64,000 nt of DNA from Macrostomum lignano (Eukaryota): the NCBI GenBank assembly GCA_002269645.1, contig NIVC01002954.1, forward strand, positions 23,441 to 87,440, read 5' to 3'. The notes under the pieces are model-generated. The model made no database searches. It was given only the letters and a program-made list of their open reading frames with translations, and was not told the DNA's origin. The first letter of the stretch is position 1; each line of letters starts with the position of its first letter. The position numbers and the translations under genes are program-made. This document shows positions 32,784-43,334 of this stretch, piece after piece.

Positions 32784-34115
32784 CAGTGTTGGGCAAAGTT
32801 CTGGCACTTCTGGCACTTTTAGTACCCAAAGTTACTTTTTTTAAAGGGGCACTTTTTTCTGGGTCATTTTTTAGAATGCCAGACTTCGGTAACGAAAGTT
32901 ACCTTTTGATAAGTCTGGTCCTCCAGTACTTGAAAATGAAATTTTAGGTTCCAAACAGCCAATTTAGCACTAAATATTTCCCAAAGGCACAAAACTTTCA
33001 CCAAAATACTCGTAGTACAAATATAAAAAGGTAAAAAGACACGATGCTAGTTCGTGTGGTTTTTACTTTTTAAGTTAAAACACAATTTAAGCAGATCATA
33101 GAATAATAGAATAAAGTAATTAAGGTTAACTACTAATGCTGAAACAAGGCACTTTCAAAACAATAAACACTCTTAAACAACTCCTTGCAAGTTTTCTAAC
33201 AAGGATAACTAGCAGTACACCAGGACGCTACACTCGTGATTAGTGGAAAATATTTTGAAGGCCGATTTCTTTATTTAGATGTTCGTGCAGGACGACACGA
33301 GTGATGCATTCTAAGAGTTTTTTACTTTTAACTCTGAGGCTAATTATAATTTTCTAATTGCAGCGCATGGCACTAATCAAGTTATTTAAAGTCTTGTGCA
33401 TTGGTCCATCTATCAAATTCCATCCATTTGTTGTCCTGGTATCTTTTCTCTTAATTGTTAACTGGCATTTCCAAGACTGGCTGCCAGAAGATTATCATTG
33501 ATTCTAAGTGAGTCAGCAGTACAAAAGTATACTTACAATACTGTAAAAGTATAGCTGCTATAAAACTACAGCACAATACTATGTAGTAGGGCGATGAGAA
33601 TTACCCACAAAAACTAAAAGTCGTCTGGAGTATACTAATTGTGACACATATTCTACTAATTGTGACACACCTATTGGACAAAAATTATCTCGATACATAC
33701 TTCTGAGTCTTCAGAGTCAGAATCAACATTTGAAAATTGGCCTCCAAATTTTTTTCTACTAATTGCGAGTGTAGCGTCCTGATATATCAGATACTGATAT
33801 TCATTGTTTTGTAAAGGTTTTGTTTATTCCCTTGAATTTTGGATGCGATAATAATAAAAAATATTTATTATTATTGTTGCATCTTTATTTAAGAAATAAC
33901 AGCAGGTATAACTCTCAGCCAACACATACTTTTTGTTTTTTTCACAAAGACATGTACAAACACTTTTTAATCGGCGGCTATTTAAAATTAGAAAGGACCG
34001 GTAACGGAAGTACCGGAAGTTACTTTTTATAAAAAGTAACGGTACCGGAACAAGTGCCAGAAGTTACCTTCCTTGGAACCGGAAGTTACTTAACCAGTAC
34101 ATTTGCCCAACACTG
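32784..34115. mobile_element. Non-autonomous hAT-like element, 14-bp TIR, 8-bp TSD
   Basis: CAGTGTTGGGCAAA (32784-32797) and TTTGCCCAACACTG (34102-34115). CCCATTAC is duplicated at 32776-32783 and 34116-34123. Subterminal GAAGTTAC/GTAAC-type motifs are present. Confidence 0.88.
33221..33781. mobile_element. TIR element (~45-bp TIR) nested in the hAT-like element; no TSD visible
   Basis: CAGGACGCTACACTCGTGATTAGTGGAAAATATTTTGAAGGCC (33221-) versus GGCCTCCAAATTTTTTTCTACTAATTGCGAGTGTAGCGTCCTG (-33781). Confidence 0.7.
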
Positions 34116-34680
34116 CCCATTACACTGCCAAGAATCGCCTCATTACACTGCCAAGAATCGCCCCATTACACTGCCAAGAATCGCCTCATTACACTGCCAA
34201 GAATCGCCCCATTACACTGCCAAGAATCGCCTCATTACACTGCCAAGAATCGCCCCATTACACTGCCAAGAATCGCCTCATTACACCGCCAAGAATCGCC
34301 TCATTACACTGCCAAGAATCGCCTCATTACACCGCCAAGAATCGCCCCATTACACCGCCAAGAATCGCCCCATTACACCGCCAAGAATCGCCCCATTACA
34401 CCATCAAGAATCATCCCATTACATCGTCAAGATGCCCCCCCCCCCCTGTTACACTCAAGAATCATCCCATTACATCGTCAAGAATTGCTCCATTACACCA
34501 ACAAAATTGCCCCATTACACCCCCAAGAATCGCCCCATTACACCGCCAAGAATCATCCCATTACATCGTCAAGATTCCCCCCCCCCCTGTTACACTCAAG
34601 AATCGCCCCATTACATCATCTGGAATCCCCCCCCATAAATTACAGCCGAGAACCGCCCATTACGCCGTCAAAAATCCCCT
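34116..34680. repeat. 23-bp minisatellite (CCCCATTACACTGCCAAGAATCG)
   Basis: Tandem copies. Isolated units also occur at ~32276, ~32668 and ~32752-32783. Confidence 0.92.
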
Positions 34681-35374
34681 ATTACCCAAAGTTGTGGTGT
34701 GTAAATGTACTCACGAGCCTCCGATTCGAAACATTTTTTTACAGAGAAAAGCATTAAAAATTAGGTCTTGAGATATGAAAGTACATTTATCATGCTGAAG
34801 CTGTTGGCTTTCCACTTGTAAACAGAACAGCTCAAGCTTGAAAAAAACCGAGAAGAGAAAATACGGTAAGGAATTCAAGAGGCCAAGAGACAGGGGCAAG
34901 AAATAGTTAAGTTTCTCAAACTGGGTTTCTTCGGCAATGTTTTGCGAACAAAGTGTGACTATGGCTAAATGGCCAGGTACAGAAGAATACGAATGCATTT
35001 CTCCTTTTTACTGCCGAAAACTGCCTCTAAGCAGGAGGAGGGTTGGGGTCAGGGCGGGTTACCTTTTAATGTTAGTCATTTTTTTGAATGGAAGATAGAA
35101 ATGCGCCTCAGGGTAGGCATAAATGCAGCTGGAGGAGGCACTATGTATATAAATAAGGTTTTGTGCTCTCTGATGCATTCTCTTTATTCTTTCAATTGAG
35201 CTCTGAGCGTCAATAAACTCAGCTGGCTTGTGGCACCTTGTCTATGGGACAATTTTGCATTCTAGTAAACTCGAGTTCATCGCTATTAACTGTAATATTG
35301 CAGATTTTGTTGCCTGCAAAGAGCAGCAAGTTATTTAGCGAAGCTAAGGCTGTAGGAGAAAACTGAAGACTAAA

Positions 35375-38300
35375 ATGTCTCGGCGTAGCGATTCGCGTCA
35401 CTCGTCGCCTTTGTCGGTTCGCTCGTCTGCAGCCTCGGTCACCGAGCCGTCGGATCGTCTGCTGAGGTCTGAGTGCCGCCGCCAAGGTGGCAAGCATTGC
35501 GGTCACGTGGAATGCCAGGTAAATCATTGCTGTGTATTATCTAGAATGTGTCTTGTCCATCATGTGGAATGTGTCTTGTCCATCATGTGGAATGTGTCTT
35601 GTCCATCATGTGGAATGTGTCTTGTCCATCATGTGGAATGTGTCTTGTCCATCATGTGGAATGTGTCTTGTCCATCATGTGGAGTGTGTCTTGTCCATCA
35701 TGTGGAGAGTGTCTTGTCCATCATGTGGAATGTGTCTTGTCCATCATGTGGAATGTGTCTTGTCCATCATGTGGAGTGTGTCTTGTCCATCATGTGGAAT
35801 GTGTCTTGTCCATCATGTGGAATGTGTCTTGTCCATTATGTGGAATGTGTCTTGTCCATCATGTGGAGTGTGTCTTGTCCATCATGTGGAATGTGTCTTG
35901 TCCATCATGTGGAGTGTGTCTTGTCCATCATGTGGAGTGTGTCTTGTCCATCATGTGGAATGTGTCTTGTCCATCATGTGGAGTGTGTCTTGTCCATCAT
36001 GTGGAGTGTGTCTTGTCCATCATTTGCAGTGTGTCTTGTCCATCATGTGGAGTGTGTCTTGTCCATCATGTGGAGTGTGTCCTGTCCATCATGTGGAATG
36101 TGTCTTGTCCATCATGTGGAGTGTGTCTTGTCCATCATGTGGAATGTGTCTTGTCCATCATGTGGAGTGTGTCTTGTCCATCATGTGGAATGTGTCTTGT
36201 CCATCATGTGGAGTGTGTCTCGTCCATCATGTGGAGTGTGTCTCGTCCATCATGTGGAATGTGTCTCGTCCATCATGTGGAGTGTGTCCTGTCCATCATG
36301 TGGAGTGTGTCTTGCCCATCATGTGGAATGTGTCTTGCCCATCATGTGGAATGTGTCTTGCCCATCATGTGGAATGTGTCTTGTCCATCATGTGGAATGT
36401 GTCTTTTCCATCATGTGGAATGTGTCTTGCCCTTCATGTGGAATGTGTCCCACAGGTCCATATAACCTGAAGACTCATTAGTCATCGGTCTAGCGCTCTG
36501 CCATAAATATGCCTCATAAACATAACTCCGCAGGTGCGCTCGTCTCTATCCCGCCGATCAGGGGGTCATCAGCATGACCATGCCGCTCCAAGCCAGACGG
36601 CGACGCCCTCGTCTCTGTCCCCGACGCTGTCCACCGTATCGTCGTCCATAACAGACGCCCCAGCCGCCGTGGCTGCTGTTGGCAGCGTTGGAAATCTTCG
36701 TGGCTATCGAAATCGACGCATAGTAGAGAGCGCTGCAAGCGGCTCTTTGACTACTACGTCTACTAGAACTACTACTACTACTACTTATACTACTAGGCGA
36801 GTAGTAAGAAGCGGAACTAGCGCTAGCGGCAGTGTCAGCAATAGTGGATTCGTTGGCCTGCGATCGCGGCTAAGCTTTAGCAACAATAATAGCAACAGAA
36901 GCAGCCAAGAAGAGGAAGACGAAGAACTTCAAGAAGATGTCGACCAGCAGTTGGTTGCTTCTGAAAGCAGCAGCAAAATTGGCAGTTTTAGACGAATGTT
37001 AAGCGGCGGTTTCAGTTCCTTGTTGTGGAGCAGCAATAGTAATAACAGCAACAAGCGACAGACAGTGGAAGCTGAGGATGAGAGAGATATTGATGAAGCG
37101 CAGCTCAGCGATGCGGACGATCTGGTTATGGAGAAAGGGTCTATTGAAGCTCGCCTCGGCACTAAAGACAATTTAGTGCCTGTTTATAGTGACCAGCTGG
37201 CCTCCACTGCCGCCGAGGACGCTGCGGGTGGCGTTGCCATGGAAACCAGAGCGAGAAGGCCAAGTCTAATTAGACGCGCGACTCATCCGTTGCTATGGTT
37301 ACTTGGCGCGATCTATTATTTTGCTAAGCTGACTTTGAATCGTACTGCTAACAAATTATCAAACACAGCAAAGCATACGGTTGCCATGGTAACCAGTGGA
37401 ATTGCGCTGTTATTAAATTCGGCACGCGCTGCTAGCTGCAGACTGGCAACAGGTATTGGTCAAGTTGGCGGCGGTATTAGGCGCGGATTCGCCAATGCGT
37501 TCGCTATGACTGTCGGTTCTGTTGCTTCCATGCTGAGGTACGCCAACAGGGCGACTCTTGTAGCCACTGCCTCTACTAAGTCCATAGCTGGTTGCGTCCT
37601 GCAGTACTCTGCGTCCGCAGTTCAAACCTTGGTGCTAACTACTCGAGAAAGAACCTATCGCAGTTTTGTTTTGATTAGTCCAAGCCGCAACAGGCACTTC
37701 TCCTGCTTGTGCTTTCTTGTCTTGCTTCTGCTATTGCTGCTGATTGTAATTGGTCTTCTGCTTTGGCTGGTGCCGACTAGTTCTGGGTACTACTCAAAAC
37801 TGTCGCCGTCAGTCAGTCGGGCAGCAATCCGAGAGTCTGTCTCATCAGCTAGCAAGTCTGTTGCCAAGTTTGCTAGCCAAGCTTGGCATGTTGCCAACTC
37901 CGCTTCTAACTGCCTGTTGCTATGGTTACGCGATAGTTTTGTTGCTATAGCAACCATGGCTGCTAGCTTGGTGCCAACTTGGCCAGCTACTAATTTATCG
38001 ACAGAGTCGAAGATTCCTTCGTCAGCTACGCCGCTGCCATCGCCGACTCCTGCTAGTGAGACTGGCGCTGCCGCCAGTCCTGGCTGCTGTGGCGGCGTTG
38101 ATCTGTCAGCTCTGGAACTGCAGGTGTCCGGTCTGCGCACCGCTGTAGCTGATCTTCAACAGCAACGTCTTGATGCTGCTGCTGCCGCTGCGGCTACCAC
38201 TTCTGCCGCCGCAGTTGATGTAGCCTCCATTGAAACTGTGCAGACTCTTGCTAACCAGCTCAAACAGTTGGAGCTGCGCTTTGCCAATACGGAAGCATCC

Positions 38301-39398
38301 ACGGAGAAACTGTCTGCTTCGGTTAAGCTAGCAGTTGAGCAGTCGGCCGCCGCTCGTTCAGCTGATTCTGCCGAAGCTCTGTCAGCTTCTGTATCGTCAA
38401 AACTGGCCAGCGTCACGTCTCAGGTTGACTCCATTGCTCAGCGTTTGAGTCGCCAATTGGATGAGACAGCGGCTACAGCCGACGCAGCCGCCGCCGCCTC
38501 AGCCGCCGCTGTGGCCGCTGTCAACCAATCAGAGTCCGCCAGGCGCTTAGAGCTAGCCAGCCTGCGCGCCGATCTAAGCAGACTAGCCAATCAGCATCGG
38601 AGATATTTCATCACAGTGTGGAATCGTGTACAATTATTGTCTGAATCGAATGCCGACTTGTTAGCTAGGAAAGATTCCGATTTTAAACAACAGCAACAGC
38701 AGCAAAAACAATTAGCAGATATTGAAGAGCTGCGAAAATCGGTGCTAGAATTTCAAACTCGTCTTAATCGATTAGAATCTGTTCAAGCTTCCATTTCTAC
38801 TGGCAGCAGTAGTATGAGTGGCATGTCAGATTCTAAATCGGCCCGATGCCAATCGCCAGCCGATGAACTGGCAGATTTTGCTTTGCACACAGCCGGCGGC
38901 TATGTTGTCAGCATCCGGTGCACCAAGGCCTATACAGTTAAACGATCCTATTTCCACCTGTTCGGCGTACCTGTATTCTCCTATTCAAATGGGCCCAACG
39001 TTGCCCTACAGCCTGGCCTGCAGCTGGGCGAGTGCTGGCCATTCCTAGGCTTCCCCGGTCACGTGATTGTCCGCCTGGCCGCGCCCGCCCGCGTCAGTCA
39101 CGTGACCATTGATCACGTGCCGCGCAGCCTGACCTACAACGGGTCGGCGGACAGTGCGCCAAAGAATTTCTCAATCTACGGTCTGGTTAACGAGCAGGAC
39201 TCATTTCAGCAGGCTCAGTTGCTGGGCGATTTTTCCTATGATGCCGATAAGGGACCGTCTAGCCAGACCTTCGCCATTCCGGCCGATAGTCCTCATCGCG
39301 ATAGAGTCTATCCAGCTGTTGAACTCGTGATCCGCTCCAATCACGGAGCTGAGCACACCTGCCTATACCGGTTTCGGGTGCACGGCAGTTTGGTTTAG
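35375..39398 (+). CDS. SUN-domain inner nuclear membrane protein (SUN1/2-like LINC component), 2 exons, ~1002 aa
   Basis: Exons 35375-35518 (donor CAG|GTAAAT) and 36534-39398 (acceptor CCGCAG|), phase 0. Ser/Arg-rich N-terminus, TM segment LVLLLLLLLIVIGLLLWLVP, Ala-rich coiled coil, and a C-terminal SUN domain (DFALHTAGG, GECWPFLG, VTIDHVP, SAPKNFSIYG, SNHGAEHTCLYRFRVHG). Confidence 0.92.
35540..36450. repeat. 23-bp minisatellite (GTGTCTTGTCCATCATGTGGAAT) filling the SUN intron
   Basis: About 39 tandem copies. Confidence 0.96.
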
Positions 39399-39944
39399 TA
39401 ATAATAAAACAAAAAATAATTAATAAGAATGTATTTGGTCGCTTTCTTTTTACCTTTTCTTCCATCGGCTCGTTGTGTTTTTTTAGCTAACAGAAAACTA
39501 GAAAAATTGATTTATATCTCTCTAACACAGCTGCCAAACAATATTGCTAACTTGTTATTTTAGTTTTGTGTGCTTTTTCTAAAATTTATAAAGTAATAAT
39601 CTAGCAACATTAGATGATTATATAAATTGTCTCATCTAACACAGCCTCCCCATAATGCATATTCAATATACACACTATATAATAAATATACGGCTTATAC
39701 AATTCTTGTAGTTGAAAAGCAAATGTTAACAAACGAATTCATCATCATTATTTACTTAATATCTTCATATTCAGTCTTGTTTATTCGTCTGTCTTCCATA
39801 AATCCACACAATTTCGGAGAGCATTTGATTTAGTCATTTTCCACGATTGTTTGGCCTCCATCTCCTTTCTATCTATTCACTCGATTCTCACTCTTTTCAC
39901 TCTTTATTCTGTGCTTCCTGTCTTCTTTTCGCTGCTTTTTACCC

Positions 39945-41105
39945 TCCGCTTCCACTCTATCTCCCGCATCCACTCTCTATCTCCCGCATCCACTCTCTAT
40001 CTCCCGCTTCCACTCTCTATCTCCCGCTTCCACTCTATCTCCCGCTTCCACTCTCTATCTCCCGCTTCCACTCTCTATCTCCCGCATCCACTCTCTATCT
40101 CCCGCTTCCACTCTCTATCTCCCGCATCCACTTTCTATCTCCCGCTTCCAGTCTCTATCCCCGCATCCACTTTCTATCTCCCGCTTCCACTCTATCTCCC
40201 GCTTCCACTCTCTCCCGCTTCCACTCTCTATCTCCCGCTTCCACTCTCTCCCGCTTCCACTCTCTATCTCCCGCTTCCACTCTCTATCTCCCACTTCCAC
40301 TCTCTATCTCCCGCTTCCACTCTCTACCCCCGCTTCCACTCTCTATCTCCCGCATCCACTCTCTATCTCCCGCATCCACTCTCTCTCCCGCTTCCACTCT
40401 CTATCCCCGCTTCCACTCTCTATCCCCGCATCCACTCTATCTCCCGCTTCCACTCTCTATCCCTGCATCCACTCTCTATCCCCGCTTCCACTCTATCTCC
40501 CCGCATCCACTCTATCTCCCGCTTCCACTCTCTCCCCCGCTTCCACTCTATCCGCGCTTCCACTCTCTATCCCCGCTTCCACTCTATATCCTCGCTTCCT
40601 CTCTATCCTCGCTTCCACTCTCTATCCTCGCTTCCACTCTCTATCCTCGCTTCCACTCTCTATCCCCGCTTCCACTTTCTATCCTCGCTTCCACTCTCTC
40701 CCCCGCTTCCACTCTATCCGCGCTTCCACTCCCTGTCCCCGCTTCCACTCTATATCCTCGCTTCCACTCTATCCGTGCTTCCACTCTATGCTCGCTTCCA
40801 CTCTCTATCCTCGCTTCCACTCTCTCCCCCGCTTCCACTCTATTTCCTCGCTTCCACTCTATCCGTGCTTCCACTCTCTATCCTCGCTTCCACTCTCTCC
40901 CCCGCTTCCACTCTCCCCCGCTTCCACTCTCTATCCTCGCTTCCACTCTCTCCCCCGCTTCCACTCTCTCCCCCGCTTCCACTCTATCCCCGCTTCCACT
41001 CTCCCCCGCTTCCACTCTCTCCCCCGCTTCCACTCTATCCCCGCTTCCACTCTCTCCCCCGCTTCCACTCTCCCCCGCTTCCACTCTATCCCCGCTTCCA
41101 CTCTC
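39945..41105. repeat. ~18-20-bp pyrimidine-rich minisatellite (CCGCTTCCACTCTCTATCTC)
   Basis: Tandem copies. Confidence 0.95.
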
Positions 41106-41891
41106 TACTCCGGCCACTTTGTTCTCCCACTCGCAGCGTCAATCCATGTTCCCAGCCATTTAGTTTTTTCATTTTAAATTTAATTGTATGCTATGTACTG
41201 CAAGTTTTACTCTATGGATATTACCATAGAAATATAATCTTAGTAAATATTTATCATGTTTGAAGACAATGCACTGACTATCCTCATTTTTTGCAACTTT
41301 TAATGCTTCTGCTATGCAAAAAATGCGTGTATAAAGAGAAAAAGAGAAAAGTTTTAGTGCAATAAGAATGCGAACATCCGCTGGTTCAAGCGTTTGGCAT
41401 GCCAAAATATTTAATTGTTTTTTTTGTTTTTGTTTTTCTACGCATTTTTGTCTCAATACTCCCAGTTCACTTCAGTTTTAATTATCTTTTCTTTGCTTTT
41501 TCTTCCACATGGTCTACTTATAGTTGTGTTAACTGTCTATCAGATCATTTTGTGCCACATTTTCAGATTAGTTTAAGTTTAAGCATTATTTATAAGTATA
41601 ATGTAATTAGTTACGAAAAATTTGGCCTTTTCAATAAATTCTATTAAACTGTTTGCGTTTTGTCTCCGCGTACCCTTTTTGGCAATATTGCCGGATATAT
41701 AAACTGGCTTAACTGTCTGGTCCTGCCTTTTTTGGATCAATAAACATTTTTGGAATACAAAACAGTATATTGGATTTTTTATCTTTAAAATTTTACTCTT
41801 AATCAGGTGTTAGAAGAAAAAAATAGTGTCATTTTAAGTTTTTATATTAGAGAATATGCAGGCTTGTATAGAACGACAGATACTAGAATTA

Positions 41892-42681
41892 CTAGATGGG
41901 GCAAGAGGGGCCGTAGCCCAGCGGTAGCGCAGCTGCTCTGGTGTGCCAGCGACCCAGGCTTGATTCCAAGTGCAGTCACATTAATTTGGGGCTGAATTGG
42001 AATCTCGGCTTGGCTCTGCTCGTGCAATTAACGGCCTTGAGAGCCAACCCCCAAGGCGCAGTGAAGTGTACATGCCTAACGATAATATAAAGTTAGGGCC
42101 GCTGTACACTCCTGTGTGAGTGTGTGCCTGCGTACGTATCCGCGCGCTTGTATGCCTGCTCAGGGGAGTCGGCGGAATGGGCAGTAATGCCTCTCGCCGG
42201 TTGTGTGCCTATGTCGCTTAAAGTGCGCCAGGGTGCACAGAACCCCCTGCCTCTAATAAAAAACTAGATGGGCCACTCAGGCATATATACTTAGTAAAAC
42301 AGCTTTCTACTTTCAGTTCAGTAGCAAAGAAGAATACAAAAGCTATTTTATAAAAATAACGGCAGCTGAGATGACTTTGATAAGTTTAGATGCCCAAGCT
42401 TGCAGGCGTAAACAACTTGCTAATTGGTTTCTGCAGTAATGTACATTAGCCAGTCCACTGAAATGTACATGGCAGCTTTAGACTGGACTTCCGAGAAAGG
42501 CAATAAAAATTGGAGTGGGGTGGGGGTAGTGAAAAAGCGCGGCTGGAGGGTTTACTTTAAGCTTAGGGGTAAAGAGCCAATAAATGAGCCTTGTCTTTAA
42601 CAGTGCATTAAAATGCTTCTGTTAAACTTACTACTGAACTGAAAGTAGCTTACACGCATATTTGCTGAGTGGCCCATCTAG
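41892..42681. mobile_element. TA-flanked MITE (Tc1/mariner-type termini) with a SINE inserted in its left TIR
   Basis: TA|CTAGATGGG (41890-41900) ... CTGAGTGGCCCATCTAG|TA (-42683). The TIR resumes as CTAGATGGGCCACTCAG at 42264 after the SINE. A diverged second copy lies at ~61345-61980. Confidence 0.7.
41905..42263 (+). mobile_element. tRNA-derived SINE, full-length copy
   Basis: Head GGGGCCGTAGCCCAGCGGTAGCGC (A-box-like) ... GGCTTGATTCC (B-box-like), tail CTCTAATAAAAAA. ACTAGATGGG(G/C)CA is duplicated on both sides as a TSD. A near-identical inverted copy is at 32293-32667. Confidence 0.82.
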
Positions 42682-43334
42682 TATCTGTTACAGATTCTAG
42701 TATCTGTGTATAGAACTTATTTCTTAGTAAAATAAATATTTTGATGAACGCTGAGCACTTGCCCTAGAGCTGATCTCTTACTTCTCTCTAGTTCTCTTAA
42801 TTCCCTTTAGCCTCCAATTATTTTCCAAGAAACGAAACACCTACTTAAGTCGTCCTTGTGTACATCTGCACCCTCCCCCACCCCCACCGCTGGGACGAAA
42901 ATGTACATTTTTAAGCTTAAAGGAGTCCCTTGTACATTTGCCCTGATTTCTCTACCCCTCCGCGCTAGTTGGAGGCCCCACCACCCCAATTCCTCTCGGC
43001 GCGCTTGACTTGCTGCGTCAACAATCCTCCGGTTTGAGTCTGTGCGCGGCCAAATGAATTAATTTGTCGTGAAATTAACACCCGTGAAGGCCGAATCCCT
43101 CAAGACACAGAGATAAAATAAATAATTGCAGGAGAGCTTGCCCACTGTCTGGCCCATTCCCCTGACCCCTGAGCACATACAAGCGCGCCAATACTGTGCT
43201 CAGACATTTGACTTTCAACCCCTGAAATCGAACCAAGGGTCGAGTAGCGTGAGAGTCAAAAAACGCTTAGCTCGTTGGGTCCATTATGTTTTATGTAATT
43301 GCATACGATATTCTACGCTGCCCACAGCAACACA

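Noticed and set aside
35375-36481. Cys/His-rich ORFs (CPSCGMCLVHHVEC)n suggesting zinc fingers or metallothionein
   Set aside because: They are translations of a 23-bp intronic minisatellite open in all three frames. The true SUN exon 1 ends at the 35519 donor.
39847-41263. 438-470-aa Pro/Ser/Leu-rich ORFs, and similar ORFs at 18924-20533, 48672-49378 and 7317-8039
   Set aside because: All coincide exactly with minisatellites and are open in several frames because the units lack stop codons.
41905-41985. Possible tRNA gene (also 32585-32662)
   Set aside because: It has A/B-box-like motifs but I could not fold a convincing cloverleaf. It is fused to a 280-bp body and A-rich tail with a TSD, so it is a SINE head.
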